NCBI GenBank assembly: GCA_963666285.1 | Contig: OY762711.1 | Source: Sedimentisphaerales bacterium | GTDB lineage: Bacteria > Planctomycetota > Phycisphaerae > Sedimentisphaerales > SM23-30 | Direction: 5' to 3' (one strand) | DNA length: 64,000 nt | Shown: positions 1-10,770 of the stretch, piece after piece | How positions within the stretch are numbered: position 1 is the stretch's first letter | Layout: every line of letters starts with the position of its first letter | Made by a program: the position numbers and the translations under genes | Notes under the pieces: model-generated | Seen by the model: only the letters and a program-made list of their open reading frames with translations | Database searches by the model: none | What the model was told of the DNA's origin: nothing

Positions 1-869
1 GTCAGGGTCTCACTCGGGCCGCTTACTACTACCGCGTTTGTCATCTCATCGTCTGCTGCTACCACACGCGAGGCGCTCGAACCACTGGAACTGCTGCTAT
101 TATTGTCATCGTTGCCTCTTCCACCTCTGCCGCCAAATCCCGGAGGGCCGCCGCGGCCAAACATCCTGGATATCGGATTCTGCTCATCCGATGAATTATC
201 CTCTTCGAACAGCTCGTTTATCAGGTTAGATACATTCTCGGCATCGGCATAAACAAGGTGAAATACACGGATCTCCGCAACCTTTGACATCTGGGTATCT
301 AATGCATCTACTATCTTCGAGATACGTTTTACATTCGCACTGGTATCTGTAATTATAAGACTGTTACTTGCCTCGTTCGCGGTAAACTCGGCATATTCCG
401 GCAGCAAACCGCTCAGATCATCTTTTAATTTCACCGCATCGGCAAACAATATCGGAATGATATGGGTTATCAACTCATCTGAATCCTCGATCACCTTGGG
501 GTCACTGCCCGAACGCACCGGGATATTCATCATCTTCGCTTCGCTCAGCTGTACTATCTTCAGAATATTACCCGTCTTAACTACCGCATAACCATTCTCT
601 TTCATTACTGAATTAATCAGCGATATTGCTTCTTCTATACCAACCGGCTTTTTGCTGATAATTGAAATACGACCGCTTAACTGGTAATTTGATATTATCA
701 CCAGACCCGTTGACTCGGAAATATAATCCATTATCGTCGAGATCGGCGCATCTTTGAAATCAAGTGTCAGTTTAACATCTTCCTTGACACCTTCAACCTG
801 GGCCAAACCAGGATTGGCCAGAACTGCCAAAAGCAAAAGCAATGTTGTTAGTACGCGTGTTTTGTTCAT
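1..869 (-). CDS. gspD: Type II secretion secretin GspD, N-terminal part (runs off the left edge)
   Basis: Absent from the ORF track; translated by hand from the ATG at 869: MNKTRVLTTLLLLLAVLANPGLAQ (signal peptide), then LDFKDAPISTIMDYISESTG (N0-like) and ADDEMTNAVVVSGP near the edge. Last gene of the gsp cluster. Confidence 0.9.
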   Translation of the reverse strand, partial: MNKTRVLTTLLLLLAVLANPGLAQVEGVKEDVKLTLDFKDAPISTIMDYISESTGLVIISNYQLSGRISIISKKPVGIEEAISLINSVMKENGYAVVKTGNILKIVQLSEAKMMNIPVRSGSDPKVIEDSDELITHIIPILFADAVKLKDDLSGLLPEYAEFTANEASNSLIITDTSANVKRISKIVDALDTQMSKVAEIRVFHLVYADAENVSNLINELFEEDNSSDEQNPISRMFGRGGPPGFGGRGGRGNDDNNSSSSSGSSASRVVAADDEMTNAVVVSGPSETL

Positions 870-929
870 AATCGGTATTCCTTAATATTTAATTTTTCAA
901 TTAATTTTCTATACTTGGTTATTACTTTA

Positions 930-1484
930 CTACTTTATCTCTTTATTTCTTCGTTCCAGTAGTTTCTGGAGCACACTGCCGGAACCGGGACTGCTTGTCT
1001 CCGGCAATGCAGTGCCGCCGGACGACGATTCACTGCCAGGCATTGTTTCAGCGGTCTCATCATATGGTACTTCGGTCTGACCTTTCATGTCCGCACCTAT
1101 CACCAGCTCAATAGTCTCCTCACCCCGCTTGAAACTTACACCATCGGAGTCGATATTCTCAATTGTGCCGCCTTCAAACTCATCTGATATTTTCACTATC
1201 TGGCAATGCCCGGTAATGATATTCTCAAAAAAAGCATTCCACTGGTCGTTAATAGAAGATATACCTATCAGAATATAGCTCGAATATTTCTTCGGCTTGG
1301 GCCTGTCCTCGAAATCATCTCGCTCTTTCGGTACAAATTTCCTGGTCAGACGGTTAACCGAGAAAATATTCTTTTCGGTAAGAACCTTGAACTGCTCTTC
1401 ATATGCAGCATCGTCCTGTCCGAAAACCGGAATGGAACAGACATACACCAAAATCAAACTTAATATAACTACTGACTTTTTCAT
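930..1484 (-). CDS. T2SS GspC-like protein
   Basis: N-terminal hydrophobic segment, KNIF motif, beta-rich HR-like segment (YILIGI...IENIDSDGVSF); lies immediately upstream of gspD. Confidence 0.6.
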   Translation of the reverse strand: MKKSVVILSLILVYVCSIPVFGQDDAAYEEQFKVLTEKNIFSVNRLTRKFVPKERDDFEDRPKPKKYSSYILIGISSINDQWNAFFENIITGHCQIVKISDEFEGGTIENIDSDGVSFKRGEETIELVIGADMKGQTEVPYDETAETMPGSESSSGGTALPETSSPGSGSVLQKLLERRNKEIK

Positions 1485-1485
1485 T

Positions 1486-2049
1486 TTAGTTCGCCTCCTC
1501 CTCTGTCTCTGAATCTTTTGGAGGGATATAAGAATATAAAGATGATATATTCAACTGGATTGATGCCATGCCGGCCTCTGAGTCTTTACAACTCATATGA
1601 ACACTATTAAGCTTGATAGGCAGCTTGGAGGTCTCGATATACCAGATAAACTTGTATGCATCCAGGGCATAGCCGGAACCCGCGATAATAAATTCTATTT
1701 CTCCGGTTCCGTTACTTATCCCGGCATATTCAGGCTGGATCGATGACAGAATGATATTAAACCGTGATGACATCTGGTTCAGATACCTTACCATCTCGAT
1801 CTCGGTCTTCGCCGGACTGTCATTCAGCCCGTCTGCCATCATCTGCGTCCACTTACGCTGATAGGCAGGACCTTTGGTCTCTACTATATCCTGATACTCT
1901 TGCCGGGTTTCTACCGTACTATCCCGCAGCTCGCTGGTCTCCTCGCGGGCCGCCAGTACCGGGGTTATAACATACTTATCTGACAGCAGGATAAATATCG
2001 CTGCTATTGTCAGGATAAGCAGGTTTAACTCTCGTCGTGTCAATGCCAT
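1486..2049 (-). CDS. T2SS GspM/PilO-like inner-membrane platform protein
   Basis: MALTRRE-type N-terminus, one TM helix, coiled coil, ferredoxin-like C-terminal region; position in the operon. Confidence 0.7.
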   Translation of the reverse strand: MALTRRELNLLILTIAAIFILLSDKYVITPVLAAREETSELRDSTVETRQEYQDIVETKGPAYQRKWTQMMADGLNDSPAKTEIEMVRYLNQMSSRFNIILSSIQPEYAGISNGTGEIEFIIAGSGYALDAYKFIWYIETSKLPIKLNSVHMSCKDSEAGMASIQLNISSLYSYIPPKDSETEEEAN

Positions 2050-2107
2050 TTAATTTTCCTCGTATATTTATGGTTTCTTTTTTTACTTTTCGTTCCAATT
2101 TTTCAGT

Positions 2108-2179
2108 TTTAAAACAAACCGTGAGCGACAGCGAATTATTCCTGATGTCAACGTACATCAGGACACATGAACTCTTCAC
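2108..2179 (+). repeat. Intergenic repeat copy: TTTAAAAC core + GTGAGCGACAGCGAA + CTGATGT...ACATCAG hairpin
   Basis: Near-identical to 8717-8787; partial copy at 22896-22944. Confidence 0.85.
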
Positions 2180-2189
2180 TATTAGTTCT

Positions 2190-3533
2190 TCACTTACTTA
2201 TATTATATTTAAACTGAATAGCAAAGGTCAGGTCCGTTGTGCTCTTGCCCGACTGCCTTATATGTAGAAGTTTTACATCACTGAAACTCGGGTTCGCTAT
2301 CAAACGATCGATTGTACTTTCGATCCGCTGTTTATTGGTTGAACTGCCGGTCATAACACCGACAAAATCCTTATCTAATGCCACACTGTTCGCCCAGATA
2401 TTACTCTGATCCGGAAACTCCTGGGTTATCTGCTTCAGACATTCACAGTAATATGCCTCGGTACTGCACCATTGCCGGGCCTTGGTAACTTTCTCTATTA
2501 TTACCTTTGAAGCCTTTACACTGTCTTCCAGGTTTTTAATTACCTCCTGGCTGCTGGATATCTCTAACTTATCCAGGTGCCAGTCGTACAAAAACCAGCC
2601 GATAAACAGCAGCAGCCCGGCACAGACTATCACTGCTTTACGTATATTATTCGTCAGCCGGGTATTAACCTTTTCCGTAAAATGATGAGCGGTAAAGTTC
2701 AGCACGAAACCCTTGTCAAGAAATGCCAGCTCGGCAATTGACTCGGCAATTGACCGGCATGCTATCGTACTGGCGGTAAATTGGATATTCGGGCTGATAC
2801 CGGTATTCAGCATATCGATAAAACCTGGCGCCTTTGCCGCTACCCGAAAACTGCACTTCTCGGCGGTATTAAACTCCGGATTACGCAATATCTCGCCTGA
2901 TATCTTCTGGGCCAGCTGCCTGGCGCTGCCGTCACCACTGCTGATAGTAGAAATATACTTTACACCCTGCTTGACAACTATTATCTTCGCTATCCGACCA
3001 TCCACATAAATTATATTCTCATCCGACGCCGGGTCGATCTGGTCTAAAAACAAACCTGCATCGCCGGGCACCACCGCCTCAAGCTCAAGGTTCGCGTTCT
3101 CTACCATACTTTGCAGGCCAAACAATCGTTTCTTCTGCAGACCGCCCAGGATTATATTATTCTGCGACTGACCGCTTACCGTACCGGTATAATCTATCGC
3201 CATATCTTCCGGGGAAAGCTTCAACTCACGCTGCAAACGAGAGTTCACTACTCCTCTTAGCATGGTCTTATCTGCCAGCGGCGGGATCTTTAGATTCTTT
3301 ATCAGAACCTCTGACGCCTGCGGAATCACAATTGCATCCCTGGTCTTCATACCATTAGCCGCTAAAAGTCTCGCAATTTCCTGCCCGGTCTTTACCGGAT
3401 CACTATACAGATTTTCAACTTTTACCGGCAATTCTGCCTGCTTACAGTCGTTATCAGGTTTACCCTTGATATATTCAAAAAGCGAGATCGACTCTTTGAA
3501 TATTTGTATAATTATTATACTTTTGTGTGCCAT
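2190..3533 (-). CDS. GspL / PilM-PilN-like fusion protein
   Basis: PilM-like cytoplasmic region, one TM (AVIVCAGLLLFIGWFLY), PilN-like C-terminus (MTGSS...FSDVKL); follows gspK. Confidence 0.75.
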   Translation of the reverse strand: MAHKSIIIIQIFKESISLFEYIKGKPDNDCKQAELPVKVENLYSDPVKTGQEIARLLAANGMKTRDAIVIPQASEVLIKNLKIPPLADKTMLRGVVNSRLQRELKLSPEDMAIDYTGTVSGQSQNNIILGGLQKKRLFGLQSMVENANLELEAVVPGDAGLFLDQIDPASDENIIYVDGRIAKIIVVKQGVKYISTISSGDGSARQLAQKISGEILRNPEFNTAEKCSFRVAAKAPGFIDMLNTGISPNIQFTASTIACRSIAESIAELAFLDKGFVLNFTAHHFTEKVNTRLTNNIRKAVIVCAGLLLFIGWFLYDWHLDKLEISSSQEVIKNLEDSVKASKVIIEKVTKARQWCSTEAYYCECLKQITQEFPDQSNIWANSVALDKDFVGVMTGSSTNKQRIESTIDRLIANPSFSDVKLLHIRQSGKSTTDLTFAIQFKYNISK

Positions 3534-3749
3534 CTTGTACCTTTAATAACTTATTGTTTGCGCACTTAATTAAATACGGTAGCTTTTTTATTTATCATAT
3601 TCAGTTTTTACTGAATTTTGTATTTCATTATAAGCTTCGCCATGCGTACGCCTTTATACCAGGCAGTGAACCGTCAGGCGAACACCTTCTTTACATTTTT
3701 TATTTTACACTTTACTCTTTTTTAGTCGCGCTGGCGACACATTAGTCCT

Positions 3750-5057
3750 TCACTTACCGTTCTGCGGCATTACTATCCGGTCCAGCACATCCTGCTCCAG
3801 CGGCCAGCCCAAATGTGACAGCGACTTCCTGTATACCACCTGGGCGCTATCAGCAGTATCTATTACGGCCCGGTATCGCCTGAACGCTTTTTTATTCCCG
3901 CACAGTCCCAAAGCATCAGCTGAAAACTGGTACGAATGTACTGTTATATAACTGCCGATTGCCACAGACTTATCCTTGTTGAGAACCTTGGTTACCCAGA
4001 GAATTGTGTCCTTCTCATCATCATCCAGCCGTTCACGCTCCCTGATAAGATCGTCGACATCGCTGCTCTCCAGTTCCGGCAGACAATTCAAAACTTCTTC
4101 CGGGGCAGTATTGACATTTATCAAACCTGTCAGCTCATCATCATCGGTCGTCGTAAACCGATCGGCTATCTCTTCGAAATCATCATATTTCATGTGGCTG
4201 GCATAATACACCTCGATAACATTCTGGTAATTCTGACGACTGCGGATATTGTTCATCGCGGTATATGAGGCATCCTGCTTCAATACCGTCTGCAAGACCT
4301 CCAAAACCTGGCTCTGGCTCCTCCGGTCGGAAACATTAACCCGCTCGCTGCCGTCTGAGTCAACATTCTTTTCATAACTGTAAACTGTTACATAATTATA
4401 AAATCCCATATCCAGTGAACCGTTATTGTTATCATCCGGCAAACTGTTATTGCCATCGTTTTCATTATCATCCAGCATACCGTTGGCATTATAGTCTTCA
4501 CCAAACAATATCTCTTTACTCGCTCCCTTTACCAGCAAAACTTCTTCAATTGTTTCAAAATTACTGTTCTTGCATTCATAACTGTCAGAGAGCAGTAAAT
4601 AATATTCGTTCTCCGCACCACCTTCTGTCACCTGGCTGTCCCGGTCACGCCAGTCGATAATTGAGGCCGCCAGCTCGCTTGTCATGCCCGGCAGCTTTAG
4701 CAGCATCTCCATCGAAGCCGAGTTCAGGTTCACCTTGCCGGCCTCGTCTACTACACCGTATGATACTGTTCTGTCAGATGACAAATCAGGCTTTATCAGC
4801 CAGTAATACCCATCACCAAGCTCAACCTGTTCGTAGCTGCTGCTCGATGATGAACTACTGCTGCTCTGGACATTCGCTTTCACATACTCTATCGCGCCCC
4901 TGGCAATATACTCAGCCTTTGCCGCCGCTATCTGGTTCTCTACCTGCAGAGCCTCTGTCCGAATCTGCCAGGCGAGTGTCAGCGTCAGACCTGCCAGGAT
5001 AGTAGTTATCCAGATCGTTATGATCAGGACCGTTCCTTTTGAGCTGCGCCTTCTCAT
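3750..5057 (-). CDS. gspK: T2SS minor pseudopilin GspK
   Basis: KG|TVLIITIW prepilin-like N-terminus; DEAGKVNLN, IIDWRD and INVNTAP motifs. Confidence 0.92.
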   Translation of the reverse strand: MRRRSSKGTVLIITIWITTILAGLTLTLAWQIRTEALQVENQIAAAKAEYIARGAIEYVKANVQSSSSSSSSSSYEQVELGDGYYWLIKPDLSSDRTVSYGVVDEAGKVNLNSASMEMLLKLPGMTSELAASIIDWRDRDSQVTEGGAENEYYLLLSDSYECKNSNFETIEEVLLVKGASKEILFGEDYNANGMLDDNENDGNNSLPDDNNNGSLDMGFYNYVTVYSYEKNVDSDGSERVNVSDRRSQSQVLEVLQTVLKQDASYTAMNNIRSRQNYQNVIEVYYASHMKYDDFEEIADRFTTTDDDELTGLINVNTAPEEVLNCLPELESSDVDDLIRERERLDDDEKDTILWVTKVLNKDKSVAIGSYITVHSYQFSADALGLCGNKKAFRRYRAVIDTADSAQVVYRKSLSHLGWPLEQDVLDRIVMPQNGK

Positions 5058-5776
5058 AATGACATCGCCTCCTCCTCTTCCGCCGGAGGCTGAGGTATCA
5101 AAAACTGACGTGACACTATTATCGATTTATAATCCTGGTGTCTATCCTGCTGGTATTTACTTTCTACGCTTTTGTTCTTCGGATACTCTTCTTTATCCAC
5201 CAGTTTCTCTATAGTGATTTTCACCAGCGGCGGCAGCAGGGTATATGTCATATTTTCCGAGTCCCAACTGGTCGTCCAGCTGGCACCGTCATAATATTCT
5301 ATTTCAAATGATAATATACCCCTGCATAATATCTCGGTCCTGGACTCTACCTCACTCTGTGACAGCAAATTGGTAGCACTGCGCTTCACCAGTGCATAGC
5401 CGTCCCATTGATCATATTTTTCCAGGCTGTATTCCGTCTGATATACATCACATGCTATCTCATCTTCACCCGGTATATAATTACTCGTATAGAAACTGAT
5501 AGATGAATTATCATTAATCGCTGACTCTTCTCCCACAAACGCTCCCGATAAGCTCATCTCCGGGTCTATGGCACAAGCCAGGTCAGACCTGATAACATCA
5601 AAGACCGCATTAATATCGGCAAACGGAGTTATCGCATTCTCCAGCGAATCCTTAGCCCGAAACGCTATATACAATGTACTGTACATCGCTGTGGTTATCA
5701 CTGCCATTATCGACATCGCCACCAGCAGCTCCAGTAGCGTAAAGGCGTTCTTGGATTGTCCGGGTCTTTTGTTCAT
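5054..5776 (-). CDS. gspJ: T2SS minor pseudopilin GspJ
   Basis: A|FTLLELLVAM prepilin motif, YYDG..W...WD motif; overlaps the gspK start. Confidence 0.85.
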   Translation of the reverse strand: MNKRPGQSKNAFTLLELLVAMSIMAVITTAMYSTLYIAFRAKDSLENAITPFADINAVFDVIRSDLACAIDPEMSLSGAFVGEESAINDNSSISFYTSNYIPGEDEIACDVYQTEYSLEKYDQWDGYALVKRSATNLLSQSEVESRTEILCRGILSFEIEYYDGASWTTSWDSENMTYTLLPPLVKITIEKLVDKEEYPKNKSVESKYQQDRHQDYKSIIVSRQFLIPQPPAEEEEAMSL

Positions 5777-5857
5777 TCTTTAATGTTTATTCTCGCGTCA
5801 ACTAAAACAAGCTGTAGGCCTTCAGGTCATTCACCTCTCACTTCTTACCTCTTCTTC

Positions 5858-6238
5858 TCACTCTTCCTCCGGCTCCACCATAGTCGTCAGCGTCAAGGTC
5901 TTCTCTACCTCGCGCGATGTCCATTTTACTGTCAGTTCCAGCTTCTTTACCGACGAAGTATCTGTCGAAATCAGATTCCAATGGTATCTCTCCAGGTATT
6001 CAAAATCTTCAAAATCGCCTTCGGCATAACCATTCCCCCAGTCTTCATCTACTATTATCTCGGCCAGTTTCGACTCTGCCAGCGAAAGCGCAATCGCCCG
6101 ATCTGACGAGGTACGCGCCAGGTTATTAATCAGCGTCAAACCTTTTACCGCTACCGGCAGAATTATCGCTACCATCAGAGTAGTAACCATCAGCTCCACC
6201 AGGGTAAAACCTTGATTATTTTTCTTCAATCGGATCAT
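5858..6238 (-). CDS. gspI: T2SS minor pseudopilin GspI
   Basis: G|FTLVELMV prepilin motif, LAESKLAE, short length, gene order. Confidence 0.8.
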   Translation of the reverse strand: MIRLKKNNQGFTLVELMVTTLMVAIILPVAVKGLTLINNLARTSSDRAIALSLAESKLAEIIVDEDWGNGYAEGDFEDFEYLERYHWNLISTDTSSVKKLELTVKWTSREVEKTLTLTTMVEPEEE

Positions 6239-6758
6239 AAGTTATTTCTTCATCATCCTCATCATATTCCACAACCTGATAACGCTCTGTCGAACTCAGA
6301 CATAATATATCTATTACCCTCTCCTGAGGGTTGGTCAGCCTCATCCTGCCTGGCGAATTCTTACCCATCGGCGAAAATTCGACATAGTAAGATCCTTCAT
6401 CACGCTGCCAGTCTTCTATATCAACATCTATATCCAGCGGGATACTTATCTTCTTACTATAATCAGTCTCCAGGATCTCGTATCGGCCCTCATACAAATA
6501 GGTCAGCCAGAACTCATGCTTGTCGCTATTATAGTTAAAACGATAATAATTACTGTCTGATATCGCCATGGTAGATGCATATCGCATCATGGAATTGATC
6601 TTACTCGCGGTCTCGTTTATCTCTCTATTAGAAAAGAAACCGCGAAGTGACGGCGCCGCTATCGCCAGAACGGTACACAACAATACCATTACCAGGATAA
6701 GCTCCAGTAATGTCACTCCCCTATTCCTATTATCAAATTGTCTTTCAGGAGATGACAT
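6216..6758 (-). CDS. gspH: T2SS minor pseudopilin GspH
   Basis: G|VTLLELILV prepilin motif; directly follows gspG. Confidence 0.8.
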   Translation of the reverse strand: MSSPERQFDNRNRGVTLLELILVMVLLCTVLAIAAPSLRGFFSNREINETASKINSMMRYASTMAISDSNYYRFNYNSDKHEFWLTYLYEGRYEILETDYSKKISIPLDIDVDIEDWQRDEGSYYVEFSPMGKNSPGRMRLTNPQERVIDILCLSSTERYQVVEYDEDDEEITYDPIEEK

Positions 6759-6904
6759 ATTCCACCGTTTCTATACTCACCAAATCCAACACGCCGAATA
6801 AATTCTGTTGCAGCAAAAAACAACCTTATCCGACAGCTTTAAAACTAACATGAGCGTCAGCGAATACAATATTACTTCTAACTTCTCGCTTCTAACTTTT
6901 CCGC

Positions 6905-7354
6905 TTAATTTGATTCAGCTGCCCAGTTAGTAATATCATCTTCGGTATTGGCTTTTCCGTCCGGCCCTGCCGATGAAAGGTCAAAAGAATATTCATTACG
7001 CTGACCCGGCTGACGGTAGGTATATTCATTACCCCATGGATCCTTTGGTATCTCCTGCTTTTCCAGGTATGGCTTTTCCCACCCGGTAGCATTGGCAGGT
7101 TTCTCGATCAATGCTTTCAAACCTTCTGAAGTGGTCGGAAATCTGTCATTTTCAATCTCGAACGTATTCAACGCATTAGACAGATTCTTTATCTCCAGCT
7201 GGGTTGCAGTTACCTTAGCCTGCTTACCACGTCCGGCAAACTTCGGTACAATTACTGACGCCAGCGCCGCCAGGATCACCAATACCAGCAGCAGTTCGAT
7301 CAAACTGAAACCGTTATTTCTTCTTACTTTTTTCATCGCCTGTTTCTTTTCCAT
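6905..7354 (-). CDS. gspG: T2SS major pseudopilin GspG
   Basis: G|FSLIELL, FPTTSEGLKAL, PKDPWGNEY and SAGPDG motifs. Confidence 0.96.
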   Translation of the reverse strand: MEKKQAMKKVRRNNGFSLIELLLVLVILAALASVIVPKFAGRGKQAKVTATQLEIKNLSNALNTFEIENDRFPTTSEGLKALIEKPANATGWEKPYLEKQEIPKDPWGNEYTYRQPGQRNEYSFDLSSAGPDGKANTEDDITNWAAESN

Positions 7355-7444
7355 GACTTAATCCTCAAAAATATATATTACTACTCTATCATTTAGTTTT
7401 TCATATTCCATTCTAACTTCTAACTTCTCGCTCCTTGCTTCTCA

Positions 7445-8647
7445 CTATTTTATTAATTCCTGCAGACTAAAGATCGGCAGCAGCATACCTACAACTACTG
7501 TTCCAACTATTACCGCCATCAAAAACAGCATCAGCGGTTCGGCCATCGAAACTGCCAGCTTCAACTGGCGGTCCAGGTCTTTCTCATATGTCTCTGATAC
7601 CCGCACAAGTTCCTTATCCAGTCGGCCGGTCTCTTCGGCAACCGCAATCATCTCCACTACCGAACCCGGGAAAAAATCCTTACAGTCTGACAGAGAAGCC
7701 GCCAGCGACATACCGCCCTTTACCTGCTTGATTGTTGAATCTACTTTATTTGCTAATATCTGGTTGCCTATCGATTCCTTGGCAACTACCAGCGTCGCTA
7801 CCAGCGGCACACCCGAACCGGTCAATGTTCCCAGCATACGGGAAAACCTGACAAATGCAAACCTCGCTGTCAGCTTACCTACTATCGGAACCTTTAATAT
7901 CAGTTGCTCAAACATCAGCCTGCCCTCTGCCCGGGCAAGGTAGTTCTTCACCGCTAATATTGATATCACTATCAAACCTATTATCAACAGCCAGTAATCG
8001 ATAACAAACTGGCTCATCGTAATTATATATGTTGTCAAAGCAGGCAGCTTGCCGCCGAAACTCTCAAATATACTGGAAAACTTCGGCACAAAATAGATCA
8101 GCAGAAATACCAGGATCGAACTGCACAATACCGCCAGGGTCAGCGGGTAAAACATCGCGGCCTTGACCTTACCCTTCAGGTCCTGCTCACGCGAACGAAA
8201 CTCCGCGATCTGGGTCAATACCAGGTCCAGAAAACCGCCTGTCTCACCGGCCTGAACCATCGCGATATGAACTGATGAAAATGTCTTCGGCAGCTTACGC
8301 ATAGATTCCGCCAGTGACATACCGGCTGAAACATAATCGGCTATCATCGACCACTGCTTCTTACAGGCAGGCTTACTTGCCTCACGCACCAAAATATTCA
8401 GCGACCGGCTCAGCGGCACACCAGCTGTCAAAAGGTTCGCCAGTTCACGGGTAAAATTCTCGACATCGTTCTTATTCACTCGGCCCGTTCGGACACTACC
8501 GCTATCCGGCCTGGCCTCCTTAACCTCTACCGGGTCAAGATCCAGCTGGTAGATAAGCTCATATGCCTTATCTTTACTTACAGCACTTACCGAACTTTCT
8601 GTCACATTCCCCTGGCTGTCTATTGCTTTGTAGTCAAATTTAAGCAT
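7445..8647 (-). CDS. gspF: T2SS inner-membrane protein GspF
   Basis: FTRELANLLTAGVPL, AGETGG, EETGRLD and EP motifs; three TM segments. Confidence 0.95.
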   Translation of the reverse strand: MLKFDYKAIDSQGNVTESSVSAVSKDKAYELIYQLDLDPVEVKEARPDSGSVRTGRVNKNDVENFTRELANLLTAGVPLSRSLNILVREASKPACKKQWSMIADYVSAGMSLAESMRKLPKTFSSVHIAMVQAGETGGFLDLVLTQIAEFRSREQDLKGKVKAAMFYPLTLAVLCSSILVFLLIYFVPKFSSIFESFGGKLPALTTYIITMSQFVIDYWLLIIGLIVISILAVKNYLARAEGRLMFEQLILKVPIVGKLTARFAFVRFSRMLGTLTGSGVPLVATLVVAKESIGNQILANKVDSTIKQVKGGMSLAASLSDCKDFFPGSVVEMIAVAEETGRLDKELVRVSETYEKDLDRQLKLAVSMAEPLMLFLMAVIVGTVVVGMLLPIFSLQELIK

Positions 8648-8716
8648 CTAATATAATCTCAATCGATTTCATATTTTCTGTTTTTTATTTTATAATAAAT
8701 TTCGCAATTCAAAACT

Positions 8717-8787
8717 TTTAAAACAATCCGTGAGCGACAGCGAATTATTCCTGATGTCAAAGTACATCAGAACACATTAACTCTTCA
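8717..8787 (+). repeat. Intergenic repeat copy (same family as 2108-2179)
   Basis: TTTAAAACAATCCGTGAGCGACAGCGAATTATTCCTGATGTCAAAGTACATCAG; a variant follows at 8866-8911. Confidence 0.85.
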
Positions 8788-8962
8788 TTTAGTTCTTCAC
8801 TCTTCACTTTACATCATATTCATTCTGACTCTAATATAATAGGCCAATCGTACACATCGCGAAGCTTTAAAACAAAACGTGAGCCATCAGGCGAACACAT
8901 TAACTCTTCACCCGCTTGCGACATGCGAAGCATACTTAGTTCTTCACTCTTCACTTATTAAT

Positions 8963-10636
8963 TCAGTTCTCGTCCTTTGTTACTCGCATCAGTTCTTCCA
9001 GGGTACTAGTTCCATTCTGAATATACCTGAAAGCGTCATCCCTGAGCATCCTCATCCCTTCCTTGCGAGCCTGATTTGCAATATCACGCGGAGTTGCGTT
9101 CTGCAGCAGCAGGGTCCGAACATCTTCTGTTACCAGCATCGTCTCAAAGATACCGGCTCTACCGGAATACCCCGTACCCTGGCATGCCGTACATCCTGCT
9201 CCACGGTAAATAACATCAGGGATCCGATCGCCAAATTGTTTCTTCGCTCGCTCTACTTCAACCGCGTCAACCTGCTCTTTACACTCTTTACAGATCAAAC
9301 GAAGCAGTCTCTGTGCTATCACCGCCTCCAAAGACGACGCTACCAGATATGGCTCTATCCCCATATCCACCAGCCTCACCAGTGCGCCCGGAGCATCATT
9401 GGTATGAAGCGTCGAAAATACCAGGTGACCGGTCAAGGACGCCTGAACTGCGATCTCAGCCGTTTCCATATCGCGAATCTCACCTACCAGGATCACATCC
9501 GGGTCATGACGCAAGATCGAACGCAAACCTTTTGCAAAGGTCAGACCGGCCTTGTTTGATACCTGGATCTGGTTAATACCGCGCAGCTGATACTCGATCG
9601 GATCTTCGATCGTTACGATCTTACGGTTTATATCATTAATATGACTCAACGCGGCATACAGCGTAGTTGTCTTACCACTTCCGGTCGGACCTGTCACCAG
9701 GATAATACCATGTGGCTTCTTTAAAATTTCCTTAAATGTATCTACATCTCCTGAGCTCATCCCGATATTTTCCGGACCCAGCAATACCGCACCACGGTCA
9801 AGGATACGCAATACGACAGCTTCTCCGTAAAGCATCGGTATTATTGAAACACGAACGTCGATCTCTCGACCCGCCAGGATTAGCTTGATCCTGCCGTCCT
9901 GCGGCACACGCTTCTCCGCGATGTCAAGGTGACTCAATATCTTAATTCGAGATACTATCGCTGGCTGAAACTGCTTGATCTCCGGCGGTATAGAAGCCGC
10001 CTGCAAAACACCGTCGATACGATATCTTACCTGCAGCTCATGCTCAAACGGCTCGATATGAATATCTGTCGCACGCATCTCGATTGCTTCTGTCAGAATC
10101 TGATTCACAAAACGGATCATCGACGCCTCGCCGGCATCATTCGACAGATCGTTTTCCTCATCGTCACCCTGCTTGACATATTCGATTCCGGACTCGCGAG
10201 CCTCATCGAACATCGACTGGACGGTATCGGCTCCCAGGCCAAGTACTTCCTTGGTGTATCGAGCTATATCGACACTACCGGCCAACGCTATCTCAAAATC
10301 TATTCCCGTACTTACCCGAAGCTCTTCAACTCCGATTATATTAAACGGGTCTGAAACCACGGCATAAATATCTTCGCCCTGGCGGATCGGGATTACCTGC
10401 CGGTCGAGTATTATTGATGCCGGGAAAGATGAGATAAACTTGGCATCCTTCTCGATACTTCTTAGATCAAGAATCGGATAATTCAGCTTCGAGGAGATAT
10501 ACGATAATGCTTCAGCTTCAGATATCCCTTCACTAAACAAAAACGCATTTAGTGAATTATGGCTTTGTGCTCCCTGGGAAAGCCATGAAATACCTTTTTG
10601 CTCCAACAATGACAATGCGACCGTTTCGTTATTCAT
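8963..10636 (-). CDS. gspE: T2SS ATPase GspE
   Basis: Walker A GPTGSGKTT, TIEDPIEY, LRHDPD..LVGEIRD, TGHLVFSTLH, CxxC...CxxC. Confidence 0.96.
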   Translation of the reverse strand: MNNETVALSLLEQKGISWLSQGAQSHNSLNAFLFSEGISEAEALSYISSKLNYPILDLRSIEKDAKFISSFPASIILDRQVIPIRQGEDIYAVVSDPFNIIGVEELRVSTGIDFEIALAGSVDIARYTKEVLGLGADTVQSMFDEARESGIEYVKQGDDEENDLSNDAGEASMIRFVNQILTEAIEMRATDIHIEPFEHELQVRYRIDGVLQAASIPPEIKQFQPAIVSRIKILSHLDIAEKRVPQDGRIKLILAGREIDVRVSIIPMLYGEAVVLRILDRGAVLLGPENIGMSSGDVDTFKEILKKPHGIILVTGPTGSGKTTTLYAALSHINDINRKIVTIEDPIEYQLRGINQIQVSNKAGLTFAKGLRSILRHDPDVILVGEIRDMETAEIAVQASLTGHLVFSTLHTNDAPGALVRLVDMGIEPYLVASSLEAVIAQRLLRLICKECKEQVDAVEVERAKKQFGDRIPDVIYRGAGCTACQGTGYSGRAGIFETMLVTEDVRTLLLQNATPRDIANQARKEGMRMLRDDAFRYIQNGTSTLEELMRVTKDEN

Positions 10637-10718
10637 AATATTCTGAAAGGATTACCTTAGGCTAGAAATTTGGTACAGCTTTATATCCTGCTTTACAGAT
10701 CAATGCTGCATTTTGAAG

Positions 10719-10756
10719 AAAAAAATGCTCGCCACCAGGTCTTACCGGTGACGAGC
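10719..10756 (-). terminator. Probable intrinsic terminator of 10771-11364
   Basis: Stem GCTCGCCACC/GGTGACGAGC followed on the minus strand by a U tract (A run 10719-10725). Confidence 0.65.
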
Positions 10757-10770
10757 TTATCTTATGGATT